A stretch of DNA of 64,000 nt from Octopus sinensis (GCF_006345805.1 NC_043011.1:44714464-44778463); one strand, 5' to 3'; positions 26,430-40,265 are shown, counted from the stretch's first letter. Notes: generated from the sequence alone by a model not told the origin. Numbers and translations are program-made.

Positions 26430-27105
26430 TATTAGGGAGTATATCCAAACTTACAGGGAAAAATTAGATTTAGGATTAAATCAAATTTCACAGTATATAT
26501 ATAAATTAAATTAGAGATAAAACTATTATGCAACTCAAACAGTGATAGACATAAACCAAAACATAAATAACAAAAAATAAATATAATTAATATAATATGA
26601 TATATATATAAAATATAAAATTAAAATTATTAAAATTTAAAATTTTATATATATATTATATATTCGTGAGTTTATTATGTTTTTTAAAGTCATATTATAT
26701 CTTAATAGATAAATACATTTTTCTATCTCTTTTTTTTACCTTAAAATTTAATTTTTAACATAATAAATGGGTTTTTTTATAAGAAAAATTATTATTTTAT
26801 TTATTTCTTAAAAATATTGTGTAACTCTATTTGCTTATTTATTTAACTATTATCATTAACCTGAAGATTGACTATAATTTTAATTCGAATTTTCAATTGA
26901 ATTTAAACTTAATTGTAATTCGAATTTAATTATAGTCATGAAACGTACATAGTGTTTTTACTTATTATATTATATTTAGCTTTTTTATACTTTTTGGTTA
27001 GTAAAAAAAAATAAAATAAATAAATAAATAAATTTAAAAATTAAAAATTTTAAAATATAAAAATTTTAAATTTTAATAATTTAAATTTTAAATTTTATAT
27101 ATTAT
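26430..27105. other. Extremely AT-rich repeat remnant containing a long hairpin with hammerhead-like core boxes
   Basis: CTGAAGA at 26861, arms TGACTATAATT/AATTATAGTCA, GAAACGTA at 26940. Confidence 0.5.
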
Positions 27106-27110
27106 ACACA

Positions 27111-27780
27111 CATGGGGAAGTCAAAAATTATATGCACTTTTGCCATAATATATCTTTATTACTGTCACAATGCCTTCTGAGTATGTGTGCTTATACTTGG
27201 TACTATTGTGGACACATAAGCGAAGTTTGGGCTTGATCATGCCATTTTTCTTTATGACTTCAAAGTGTAAGCATGGTCGTTCCACTAGCAATGTGCACCA
27301 AGGAGAACAAAGAGCAGTGAGTCATGAGATGGGGACAGTAAACCAGTCTACCATTGCCATCTCTCAAGCTTGCTGAATCTTCTCGACAGTGGCGGAGGCT
27401 GACAGGTCTGCTGCTCCTTTTTCGTATGTCATGCTTGTTCAGCTACTTATAAATTTCTTGATCCACTCCTACACACTTCTAGGTGGTAATGCACAGTTCT
27501 TGTATTGTGCAAAAAGGCCTCCAATGAATTTCAACACCTGACACACCTTCCGACCAGAAAAATCAGATCACTTCTCTTTGTTTTCCTTGGTGCACATTGC
27601 TAGTGGAATGACCATGCTTACACTTTGAAGTCAGAAAGAAAAAATGGCAGGATCAAGCTCAGATTTCGATTATGTGACCACAATAGTACCAAGTATTAGC
27701 ACACATGTGCAGAAGGCAGTGTGACGATAATAAAGATATGTTATAGTGAAAGTGGGGATCATTTTTGACTTCCTCTCATT
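27111..27780. mobile_element. Foldback mariner derivative built from two inverted 5' ends
   Basis: ~210-bp inverted arms, each including the transposase start (MVVPLAMCTKE); the minus-strand arm continues FWSEGVSGVEIH...EWIKKF. Confidence 0.85.
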
Positions 27781-27921
27781 TATAACACTCAGTCATCCAT
27801 AGACCTACACACACTTATCCCCTTGCCTTCCCCATCACACAAATGCATACATTATCTCTTCAAAACACAATGGCCTGACCTACTTTGCTAAGCTATAATT
27901 GTTAAAACAGTTTTACCTCGA

Positions 27922-27985
<64 letters not shown>

Positions 27986-28386
27986 TACATACACACACAC
28001 ACACACACATACATATAGATAGATAGGTAGCTATACATACACACACACACACACATATATGGCAAATGAAAGCCCGAAAGATGGAATATACAGAGAATTT
28101 ATAATTAATCACGACAATTGTTTTGACACATCTAGCATCGATTCCTCATGGGTGGGACACTCAACAACTGGTTCAGGAGTATCCTGCAGTGCAGATGCAT
28201 CTTGTTAGGTGATAAATAAATACAACTCATTAGAATGGTAGTTCTACAATGTAACTTCCTGTTTTGCAGAAAGAAATGCAGCCAGACTGAGGAAATATCT
28301 TCATTAATATAGAAGATCAAAAATAAAATCACAGATGGCAAAAAGAGAAACAACATGCAATCCAGCGAGAAAAGTATATGTATATG

Positions 28387-28463
<77 letters not shown>

Positions 28464-29014
28464 ATATATTATATATATATATATATATATGTATTTCTAT
28501 ATATGATGTGTGTCTTTCAGTTTCCATAACCAAATCCACTCACAAGACTTTAGTCAGCCTGAGGCCTTAATAGGAGACACTTGCTGAGAGTACCATGCAG
28601 TTGGACTGAACCAAGAATGGAGTGGTTGGGAAGCAAACATCTTACCACACAGCCATGCCTGCACCTATAATTAACTGACAAAGATTCAATTTATTATTTC
28701 AAGTTCATTCAATACAACCTCAGTACTATGTGGAAACTCAGTCATGTCTCTAATGTCCAATTAGCCCATTTATAGTCTTCTCAATTCTGTTGTTATATTT
28801 TGTGAAGGTGCATGGCTAAGTGTTAAAGATATTCAGCTGATGATTGTGCGGTTGTGAGTTCAGTTCCTGGTAGCGCGTTGTATCCTTGAGCAAGGTTTTT
28901 GTTTCCTCATATATTCATGGAAGTCATACACTTCCAAAATGAAGAATAAATCCTAGAGTCACATCAACAGCTCCACCAGTTTTCTTTAAGACAGCAAATA
29001 TTGTCTTCTGTTTT

Positions 29015-29205
29015 TTATCTTTTGTTTCAGTCATTAGACTGCGGTCATACTGGGGCACTGCCTTGAAAAGTTTTTCATTGAATGTATTGACCCCTAGTAC
29101 TTATTTTTAAACACTGGTACTTCTAACTGATTCTTTTGCTGAACTGCTAAGTTACAGGGATGTAAACACATTACCACCATTTGCCAAGTGGTGGCGGGCA
29201 GACAA

Positions 29206-29250
<45 letters not shown>

Positions 29251-29335
29251 AGGCTTCTTTCAGTTTCCATCTACCAAATCCACTCACAAGACTTTGGATG
29301 GCCAAGGCTATAGTAGGAGACACTTGCCCAAGGTG
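29015..29335 (-). mobile_element. SINE family A
   Basis: Reverse-complement consensus match. Confidence 0.8.
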
Positions 29336-29384
29336 CAACCAAGAACTTTCCACTGAAATGTAAACTGTTTTGCATTAAAAAAAT

Positions 29385-30235
29385 CAGGAGTGGCTGCATG
29401 GTAAGAGGCTTGCTTCCCAACCACATGGTTCTGGGTTAAGTCTCATTGCATGGTACTTTGGGCAAGCATCTTCTACTATAGCCTCAAGTCAACCAGAGCC
29501 TTGTGAGTAGATTTGGTAGAAACTGAAAGAAGCCCGTTGTGTGTGTGTGTGTGAGTGTGTGTGTGTGTGTGAGTGTGTGTGTGTGTGTGCATGTGTGTGT
29601 GTATGTATGTATGTATTTGTGTCTGTGTTTGTCCCCTCACCATCGCTTGACAACCGATGTTGGTATGTTTACATCCCCATAACTTAGTGGTTTGGCAAAA
29701 GAGACTGATAGAATAAATACTAGGCTTACAAAGAATAAGTCCTGGGATTGATTTGCTCGACTAAAGACGGTGCTCCAGCATGGCTCCATTGAAATGAGTG
29801 AAGCAAGAAAAAGAGTAAAAGAGAATATAGGTGCAGGAGTGGCTGTGTGGTAAGAAGCTTGTTTCCCAACCGCATGGTTCCAGGTTCAGTCCCTCTGCGT
29901 GGCACCTTGGGCAAGAGTCTTCTGCTATAGCCTCGGGCTGACCAAAGCCTTGTGAGTGGATTTGGTTAATGGAAACTGAAAGAAGCCTGTCATATATATG
30001 TATATGTTTGTGTGTCTGTGTTTGTCCTGCCACCATCGCTTGACAACCAATGTTGGTGTGTTTACCTCCCCGTAACCTAGCGTTTTAGCAAAAGAGACCA
30101 ACAGAAGAAGTACTAGGCTTACAAAGAATAAGTTCTGGGGTCAATTCGTTCGACTAAAGGTGGTGCTCCATACTGGAGCACCACCAGTATGGCTGCTGTC
30201 AAAATGACTGAAGCAAGTAAGAGAATAAAAGAAAA
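29385..30235 (+). mobile_element. Two tandem SINE family A copies (29385-29825, 29827-30235)
   Basis: Two consecutive full consensus matches. Confidence 0.88.
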
Positions 30236-31040
30236 AGAATATATGCAACCAACAGCATCATACACATATGTTGACATTTCTGGAGTTTCTTTCCAACAGT
30301 TGAACCACAACGGTTGTGGTTTCTTGTTACTGTTGACATCAATATGGCCAACATTAGCCCCTGTCAATGGAAAATGGAATATGAAAAGTCGAACGAGAGT
30401 TGTAAAACCACTTCTTTAGAACAATAAGAACTGGTTGATCCAAACATACTTCCATATACACAATAAACGGTCAATTAAAATATGTCGTTCCGGAAGAGCA
30501 AGGACATTTAAAGAATGGAAATTTTAAACTTGAGTTGTTTCTCTGTATGGCATCCATTAAGGTTCCCAAAGTATGTCATTGTTCTTGGTTTGTTGGGACT
30601 GTTTCCTTTAGTTCCCTCTAGGTTATTGTTGGCAATGCCTGCTGGAGTTGATGTGAAATATTTCTAATTGATCAGGTACAGAAAAAACTTCAGGAATGGG
30701 CTGATGAAAGAAAATTCTATTTCAGCTACAGAGAAAGCTTGCAAATCAGCGATAGCTAACTGTGCTGCTCTAACTGAACATCATCATCATCATCATTGTT
30801 GTCATCATCGTCATCATCATCATCATTGTCAAAATTGTTGTCAATTCCATCACTGCCACCGCCACCATTGCCACCACCATCATAGCCACCGTCACCATTG
30901 CCACTACCATTGCTACCCATCACTGCCACCGTCACCACCACAATCACCACAGCTGGTGTTGTTATGGCTACACATACTCTCTAAACATCAGTATGTTGAA
31001 CAGAACATGGAATATTTACAATTGCATTAATCTAATAAAT

Positions 31041-31365
31041 GTGAAGGCACGTGGCTTAGTGGTTAGGGCATTTGGCTCACGATTGTAAGGTTGTGAGTTC
31101 AATTCCCAGCGATGCGTTGTGTCCTTGAGCAAGACACTTTATTTCACGTTGCTCCAGGAGTCCACTCAGCTGGCAAAAATGAGTTGTACCTGTATTTCAA
31201 AGGGCCGGCCTTGTCATACTCTGTGTCATGCTGAATCTCCAAGAACTATGTTAGGGGTACACATGTCTGTGGATTGCTCAATCACTTGCATGTTAATTTC
31301 ATGAGCAAGCTGTTCCATTGATCGTATCAGCTGGGACCCTCTTCGTCGTAACTGATAGAGTACTC
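31041..31365 (+). mobile_element. tRNA-derived SINE family C
   Basis: A box TGGCTTAGTGG, B box GAGTTCAATTC, body TTGTGTCCTTGAGCAAGACACTTTATTTCACGTTGCTCCAG. Confidence 0.85.
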
Positions 31366-32179
31366 CTTTAATCTAATAAATATGTCCTTATTATCTAAAG
31401 TTTCCTTCTTTTAAGATTCGACTGCTGTTTCTAGCAGGTCGTGTGACTACATAGAGACACCACATTCTTTGACTAATAGTTGTTAGTAGCACTAACATAG
31501 CTAGAGTGTGTGCCACCTGGGATGGCCCTTCCGTTTGCTGCCCCAGACCCACAGAAAACTACATATTGCCTACAGCAGATCCAAAAGTACCAACCCATTA
31601 AAAGTGCCACCCAGAGCGGACCGCCCCTACTGCCCCTCCCCCAGCTATGTGTTGTAGATATTACATCAACCCTAGTATATAACTGGTATTTAATTTATTG
31701 AACCCAAAAAGGATGGAAAGTTCACTCAACTCTCCTGGTATTGGAACTCAGACCCAACAAATTAAAGAGCTATAAGACCAAGTACTTTTACCAATCCAAC
31801 CATGCCTCACCACGTATGATTTTCTTTTATTATAGACCAACTAGTGTTTCATCTGAACCCTACACTCTTACCTTCCACTCCACCATAACGCATTACTTTC
31901 ACTATTGGCACCCACCCATCGTGCCACCATCTCAGCCCTTCTCCTCCCACTGCGCACCTGCCTGCACTCAAGCAGAACTAGTATCAAATTCCAGTTGATT
32001 GTTCTAGCCATGGAAGCCATCTTGTTTGACCAACCATCTAACCAACCAACCATGGTAATATGGCAGCCAAAACATCTTTCTGCACTTTACATCTGGGGAG
32101 AGAAAAAAAACTAGAAACATGGACATATGGATGAACAAAAAACACACCGATAGACGAGGTAGATAGCAAGATTATCCAT

Positions 32180-32585
<406 letters not shown>

Positions 32586-33715
32586 TGAACCGTAAAAATT
32601 AATACAGAGAGTTGCTTATTTGTAAAAAAAATATAACATGTGACTTCATTGACCGAGGTTACCGTGGTCTTTTCTGTAGGCTTTTCTTTCCACGGGTAAA
32701 CCTCACCTGTCCTCCCCTTTACACTTTATAATGACATTTCTGTGATAACGATCCCTATTGATCGATTTTTTCTTTTTCCTTTTATTTTTATCCCCTTTTT
32801 TTTTTTTTGCTTTCCTCTTTCTTTCCTTTTACGATCCCTTTTTTATCCCCAAAAAGAAAAGCTCTACCTTGTAATTTGTCCCGTCTGTGTGCAGCCCTGT
32901 GTGGCTAATAAAGAAACATATCTATCTGTCTGGCTGGCTGGCTGGCTGGCTAGCTGGCTGTCCGGTTGGCTGTCTATCTTTATACACCTACCCATCCGTC
33001 CGTCTATCTATCTTCTAGAACATGCGCTTCTTTAGTTTAGCAAAGATGGTGCCACAGAGACAGTTCTCTCCCTCTTTATATCTCTCCCTTTATCCCTCTC
33101 TCTCTTTCTGTCTCTCTCTTTCTCTCTCAGCGCTGGAAAAAGAGGAGGTGGCAATGGTGGTGGTGGTGGTGGTAGCTGCAGCGGCGACAAGGCGGTGGTT
33201 CAGGGTTGAGCAGCGGCGGCAGTGGTGGTGTTGGTGGTGATAATGACAGTTGTTGTGATAGTGGAGGTGGTGTGATGAGTGTGATGGCAGTGGTGCCAGA
33301 ACTGCGCAAATGATGGTTTTCATGATGATGACGATAATGATGATGATGAAATATGTTACCTGTTGCGACCTGTAACCTGTTTTGGTTGATTAACAGATTC
33401 CTTTCTTTTTTGTAAAAAGTTAATCCAGATCAGGATAACATGATACTCTTTGAAACAGGAAGTATAGTGTTACTCCGGGACATGTATCCCTTGACATCAG
33501 AATTTGGCGACCTGACCTCAGGGTTGAGGTAAGGAGTTGTGAGGAAGGAGAGGAGGAGGCAGTGACTGATACGGTGTGGTGGTCGCAGAGGTTGATAAAT
33601 ATTTGTAGATGAGACAATGAGAGTATGTGCGTGTGTGTGTATATGTATGTGTATTCTTTAATTCTTTTATTCTTTTACCTGTTTCAGTCATATTTGACTG
33701 CAGCCATGCTGGAGC

Positions 33716-33814
<99 letters not shown>

Positions 33815-34040
33815 TTCTTTACTACCCACAAGGGGCTAAACATAGAGGGGACAAACAAGGACAGACAAAGGGATTAAGTCGATTACATCGACCCCAGTGC
33901 GAAACTGGTGCTTTATTTATCGACCCCAAAAGGATGAAAGGCAAAGTCGACCTCAGCGGAATTTGAACTCAGAACGTTACGACAGACGAAATACCGCGAA
34001 GCATTTCGCCCGGCGCACTAACGTTTCTGCCAGCTCGCCG
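33815..34040 (-). mobile_element. SINE family B
   Basis: Reverse complement of 11839-12072. Confidence 0.87.
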
Positions 34041-34065
34041 CAGACACACACACACACACATATGT

Positions 34066-34581
34066 GGGCACAGGACGTCACAAAACATAAACTACGAAAA
34101 GCACGAAGTACGAGGACATGGAATAAGGGCTTTTTTGTTTTTGCAAGTAACGAAAGAAACAAATAGAAAACAAGACAAGCAACACGAGGAACGACCCTTC
34201 ATCAGTTGTCTGCTGTTCTTCTAGTCCGTATTTCGAGCAATTCACGACAAGATACGCCTTCGATAAAACAGTTGCTCCCGCAAAGCAAATTAAATAAAAA
34301 TTTGCGATTTTGCGGAGGGTCAAGATTGGTGACAAAAACAGGACAGTGAAAACAGACAGGAAGGGCTTCTAAGCCTAAACGAGGTTGTGGTGGCGAATGC
34401 GAAGAAATAAGTCTGGACATGAAAGATGGATAGAAAAAATAAATACACATTAAGTACAGGACATTACCAACGAGTGAAAAATACGTAAACACACGAGAGA
34501 TAAGTTCAGGACAAAATATCTCTTGTGTGTTTACATATTTTTCACTCGTTGGTAATGTCCTGTACTTAGTGTGTATTTTTT
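34066..34581. repeat. Dispersed repeat ending in a ~60-bp-arm palindrome
   Basis: Arms at ~34441-34502 and ~34517-34577 are near-perfect reverse complements. Confidence 0.7.
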
Positions 34582-34592
34582 TTATTTATTTA

Positions 34593-35105
34593 CTAGCAGT
34601 ATCGCCCGGCGTTGCTCGGGTTTGTAAGGGAAATAACTATATAAGCATTTTTAGAGAGTTACTTCCCTTATAGATGCCAATTCGGGCTTTCTTAGCCATT
34701 TCTGTTTTGGTGTCTTCAAGCCATGAAGTCGTTGTTCTAAAAGAACGCTGGTCTCCTTGACAACGCTTTACGACGTTGATTTCCTTACACTCCCTTCCCC
34801 ACAGCTTCACGAGGGAGGGAAGAAGGGGGAAGAGCAAACAGGTGCAGGTGTGACCATGGACGCCAACTCCGCCGCCATCGACACACGAAAAATTATGCAT
34901 TAAAATGGTATAAAAAATGATGTTAAATTATTTTTTAAATCGTAGACTCATCGTAGACGCGCGCTAATACTCAGACGGGCTCGATATGAATCACGACTAT
35001 AAGATACCCGAATTTGGTTAAACTGCACCGCAAAATGTGGGAGTAGTTAGGAATCTAAATCGAAGGGGACAGACACTCACACAACTACAGTTTTATATAT
35101 ATAGA
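34593..35105 (-). mobile_element. Non-autonomous Helitron-like element
   Basis: Minus strand begins TC(TATATATATAAAA), ends with hairpin CCCGAGCAACGCCGGG then CTAG, and lies between A and T with no TSD. Confidence 0.85.
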
Positions 35106-35454
35106 TAATCGAACGTCACGCAGCCTTCACAGTATTATTATTGAAGCCTGGTCCTTATTCTATTCGACTCATTTTGCCGAGCAGCTAAGTTATGGGCACA
35201 TAAACACACCAACATCGGTTGTCACTTTGGCACTTTGGTTCTGTCCATGACAAAATCGCAGACTATGGCATACACATAATCACGAATCACAAATTTCACA
35301 GCTTGCGAAGTAAACACAGCGGTCTCACTCGGCACACTGCTACATAAACGTCACCACTAGCTCTCATTGCGCACACAACCGTGTGCTGTCATCTGCTGGC
35401 GCGCTACTGAACTAGCCCGGGAACTTTTTGATACCACCTCGCAATTTATTTTCT

Positions 35455-35668
35455 ATCTTTTACTTGTTTCAGTCGTTGGACTGTGGCCGTGCTAGGTCAC
35501 CGATTTGAGAGGGTTTATTCAGACAAATCAACCCCACTACTTATTTTATTTAAAACTTGGTACGTATTCTGTAAAATACGAGGACGTAAACAAAACAACA
35601 TTGGGTTGTCGAGCGTTGGTGGAAGACAAATACAAACACAGACACGCACACACGCATGCATGCACACA

Positions 35669-35757
<89 letters not shown>

Positions 35758-35930
35758 TTACATATGCAACGGGCTTCTTTCTGTTTCCGTCTACCAAATC
35801 CACTCACAAGGGTTTGGTCAACCCGCGGCTATAGTAGAAAATACTTGCCCAAGCTTGCGTGAAGTGGAACCGAACTCGGAACCATATGATTGAGAAGCAA
35901 ACTTCTATATATAGACTCGTAGCTGCGCCA
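35455..35930 (-). mobile_element. SINE family A
   Basis: Consensus match with an expanded (CA)n middle. Confidence 0.8.
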
Positions 35931-36048
35931 TGTATGCATGTATGTATATATGTATGTATACCCCTGTTCTTGTATGACTGTATGTTTGTTTTAATTGAGC
36001 CCTATAAATGCATGTATCTAAATATATGTATGTGTGTGTGTGTGTGTG

Positions 36049-36098
<50 letters not shown>

Positions 36099-36252
36099 TG
36101 CGTGTTTGACGCTCAAAACTGACCACAATTGTAAAAGCGAGGCAGGCGACACATAGTCTAGAACGATCAGTCCACTTAATTACAATCTTGCGGTCCCTGA
36201 TAGTGTCGACACAGCTTATTTTGAGAAATAGACAGGTAGACACACAACGAGA

Positions 36253-36327
<75 letters not shown>

Positions 36328-37080
36328 CACACACACACACACACACTCAAGAAAAGACATTTACACACACGCATACATGTACATGTACACATATGCGCAA
36401 ATATATGTGTATATTTTATGCATGTACGTCTATGAATATGATATACGAATATACATGCGTAGGTGTCTCGTGTGTGTATGTACGTACGTATGTATGTATG
36501 TATGTATGTATGTATGTATGTATGTATGTATGTATGTATGTATGTATGTATGTGTGTGTGTGTGTGTGCGTGCGTGCGCGTGAGTATATATACATATATA
36601 TATTTGCGTGCGCGCGCGTATATATACATATATAAGGTGGTTCTATGTATGGGAGAGAGTGGGGGGAATGAATTCAAAGAATAAATCCCCCCTTCTCCGA
36701 ATGCTAGATAAAGGAAAGGTTACAGTATGTCAGAAAAAGTGTTTTAAGGTTAATAATATATGCTAACCAGACACGACAATGTACCCAACTCACCAACAAA
36801 CAATATGGAAGGGAGCAGACGATATGTCCCGTTTCAATGGCTTTATAAGATTCTAATTCTATTTTCGTCTCCAGACTTCTCAGTCTCTGACATTCTATCG
36901 TAGCAAGCAAACTCTCATTGCCAAAGGCGATCTAACGAAATGACGGGGTAGGGGCCCTTCTCAATAGAAGTTCTCAACCTTTTTTTACTATCGGGACCCA
37001 CTTTCGAAAATATGTAATCCTTCACGACCTCGTTTCTTCAAATAATTGAGGTGATGCAACGGATAATAATAAATAATAAT

Positions 37081-37642
37081 AAATGCCCTGATGCAGTACC
37101 AGGCAGTGGCTCTCGTGGCTTCTGATCTTAACTGATTGGAAGTGTTATCATGTACATTGTTTTGTCTTGGTATAAAAGATGGGCTACAGCAAATATTCTG
37201 CTCAATACCACAGATTTGTTTATCAGTCGTTTGACCTTAACCAGTTGAGCATGTCGTGTGGTAGCTGATGATATGTGCATCTCTGATCATGAGCAGAAGT
37301 AGTGGGGGAGCATCATAGCCATGTGTTGAGAGGGATTCTTTGGGGTTTGAATCATTCACCTCTGGAAACAAGGGTGTTTCGTTTATCATCCTTAAACAAC
37401 CCTTATTCAGGGACCTTTTGAGCCGGATGGGTTACTCGACCTGAAGAGAATTCTGATTGCCTCCACCCTGCAAGGTCATGTGCTGTTTATCTTGAAATGA
37501 GATCATCATGTCGCGCATATATGGTTGTGATGCATGTGCCTGGTATACCTTTGTCAGACGGATAGTCATGATAGGTCTATTGGTCTTCGTATATTTGTAC
37601 CCCAGCGTTACTTTGATGACATGCTTTGCTCTCTCACTCAAT
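37081..37642. repeat. Probable interspersed element (~560 bp) bounded on both sides by (AAT)n
   Basis: Sharp boundaries against AAT runs; no ORF with a recognisable domain. Confidence 0.5.
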
Positions 37643-37704
37643 AATAATAATTAATAAAAAAAATTTTTTAAATTAAAAATAATAATAATAATGATAATAA
37701 TAAT

Positions 37705-37900
37705 CTTTTCTACTATAAGCACAAGCCCTGGAATTTGAGGGAAGGGGGATAGCCGATTACATGAAACCCAGTTTCACTGGTACTTAGTTTATCGATCCCG
37801 AAAGTATGAAAGGCAAAGTCGACCTCGGCGGAATTTGAACCCGGAACGAAATGCCGCTGAGCATTTTGCACCGCATGCTAACGATCCTACCAGCTCGCCA
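37705..37900 (-). mobile_element. SINE family B (degenerate)
   Basis: Contains GAAAGGCAAAGTCGACCTCGGCGGAATTTGAAC. Confidence 0.75.
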
Positions 37901-37902
37901 TC

Positions 37903-37949
<47 letters not shown>

Positions 37950-38009
37950 GTAATAATAATAATAATATAATAATAATAATAATAGTAATAATAATAATAA
38001 TAATAATAA

Positions 38010-38319
38010 TGTCAGTTAGGAACGAGGGAGTATTGAAAGCAGACAAAAAGGGAAAAACAATGAAGTACAAAAAGGACGTGGAGAAGCATTTCGCAACAAG
38101 GGGCAACACAATGAGTTTCATGTAGCCACAACTGGAGTTGCTGGAAAACATAGGTGGGATTGGCTGAAGAATGGGACACTGAAAAAAGAGATTGAGAGCA
38201 CTACACTGGCAGCGCAAGACCAGGCTTCAAGCTTTGGCCACAAATTGGAGGGTTAACCTTAGGAATGAGCAAGTGTCTCCACTGTGCCGCATTTGTAATA
38301 GGGAGTACGAAACCATTGT
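38010..38319 (+). pseudogene. R4/Dong-like non-LTR retrotransposon fragment (post-RT region)
   Basis: WLKNGTLKKE...LAAQDQ...ALATNW...SPLCRIC; starts immediately after a (TAA)n run. Confidence 0.75.
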
Positions 38320-39186
38320 TTTCTCTTGACCCAGGACAGCAGCTCCATCAAAAGAAGTGAGCTGCGGAAAGGCATGTCTCATAAACAGGAAACGGGAACG
38401 ACACCAGCTCACCGTCCAGGATAATGATAATAATAAAAATGTTGATGATGATGATGATGATGGTTGTTTTTATTTTAGGCACAGGACCTGAAATTCTTTT
38501 ACTGGTACTACATCTTTTATCGATGCCGAATGAATGAAAGGCTAACTTTTTCCTCAGTGGGATTTGAATTCGGATCTCAAAGATCCGGGGGGAATGTTAC
38601 TAAGTAGATTTCGCCACTCTAAGCTGGCTGAGTGCTACCTTTGTTCATCCCATGCACCTGTCTCTTCTTCATCACCATTCCTACTCTGTCTCACATTTTG
38701 TGCAAACCCTAGCACTAAACACTAGACACCCAATGATTCTCACAGCAATGTTGCGAGGTTTCTCAGCGCCCACGAGCAAAGGCAATGGTTTCGCTGCTTT
38801 AATTACCGTATTTTCCGGCATACAAGTCGACAATAATAGTGTCAACCTGTAATGTAAATATTCAAACATCGTCACTATCTTTCTAAATCCTGTTGCATTT
38901 CACATAAAACATTTGTTCCTCGAAAGTTGTCAAGCGATGGTGTGGGGGGACAAACACAGTCACCTCGAAAGTTGTCTTGGTGCATAAATCAACCTTCCTT
39001 TTTAGGCTGTAAATTTTGGTCTGAAAAATTCAACTTGCGGGAAAATATGGTAATGTCTTTATTAACAAGCATGATAAACAGAACATCTTGGGTCCTTTCA
39101 CACCTAAACTAAACTGGCACTCCGTCGGTTACGATGATGAGTGTCCCCGTAAATATGATCAGTAGAACAGGCTGCCCGTGAAATTA

Positions 39187-39700
39187 AAGAATGGGACACT
39201 GAAAAAAGAGATTGAGAGCACTATACTGGCAGCGCAAGACCAGACTCCAAGCTTTGGCCACAAATTGGAGGGTCAACCTTAGGAATGAGCAAGTGTCTCT
39301 ACTGTTCCGCATTTGTTATAGGGAGTACGAAACCATTGTCCATATCGCGAACGAATGCCCTAGACTTGCCGAAAACCACTACAAGTTGTGGTGACAAAAT
39401 GAGGTAGCGAAAGTAGTACATAGGAAACTGTGCAAAAGTGGGGGCCAGAGATGTGCAAGACGAAGTATGAGTACAAACCGTAGAGAGTGACGGAGTCGGA
39501 AACCTGCAAAATCCTCTGGGATTTCTCAATCCAGATAGATCAGGTGCTAGAGCATAACAGACCGGACCTAGTGGCGGTGGACAAGATGCACCATATGTGT
39601 TATTTAGTTGATGTTGCATGTCCCTTTCACCCACGAATAATTAAGAAGGAAGGCGAAAAAAATAGACACATATAACTCTCTTAAGTACGAAATAGCTCTA
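39187..39700 (+). pseudogene. R4/Dong-like non-LTR retrotransposon fragment: CCHC knuckle plus restriction-like endonuclease
   Basis: RIC..EYETIVHIANECP, KILWDFSIQIDQVLEHNRPDLVAVDK...YLVDVACPF...KEGEK; contains stops and frameshifts. Confidence 0.88.
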
Positions 39701-39704
39701 ACGC

Positions 39705-39945
39705 ACTCTAAAGACATGCGTACCCTTAACGTAGTTCTCATGGAGATTCAGCGTGACACTAAGTGTGACAAAGTTGGCTCTTTGAATTACGGGTACTACT
39801 CATGCTCATTTTTATCAGCTGAATGGATTGGAACTATGTGAAATAATTGCCTTGCTCAATGACACAATTCGCCGCCAAGAATCGAACTCACAACCTTATG
39901 ATTGTGAGCCGAATGCCCTAATCACTAAGCCACGTGCCTTCACTC
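39705..39945 (-). mobile_element. tRNA-derived SINE family C
   Basis: Reverse complement of the 31041 head and body. Confidence 0.8.
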
Positions 39946-40265
39946 TTTCACACTCCTACAGCGGGTGATGGTGGGTAGCACTGCCCCCTTCGTCTAGCTT
40001 TGCTATTCTTCTGCATTTCTCCCTGGTACTGCAGTAATCTTGGAATTCCTTCCAATACACTTTTCTCTTCAAATGTTCAAATCTCATTGCATACACATCA
40101 CCAGACAGACGGTGTTCAGAAAAAAAGCTCAAAGAAAAAAAAATTACAAGTTAGCTAGGAAATAGTTACATGTTATGTAAATACTTTAAAAAAGTAATAA
40201 AGCAAACGATTTTAAATCAGTTAACTAACAGTAAATGAACTTTACGCAATTTATAAATGATGGCA

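Noticed and set aside
28059-28340. Complex unique sequence with a 49-codon ATG ORF and acceptor-like sites
   Set aside because: No recognisable domain or consistent splice frame, so it cannot be supported
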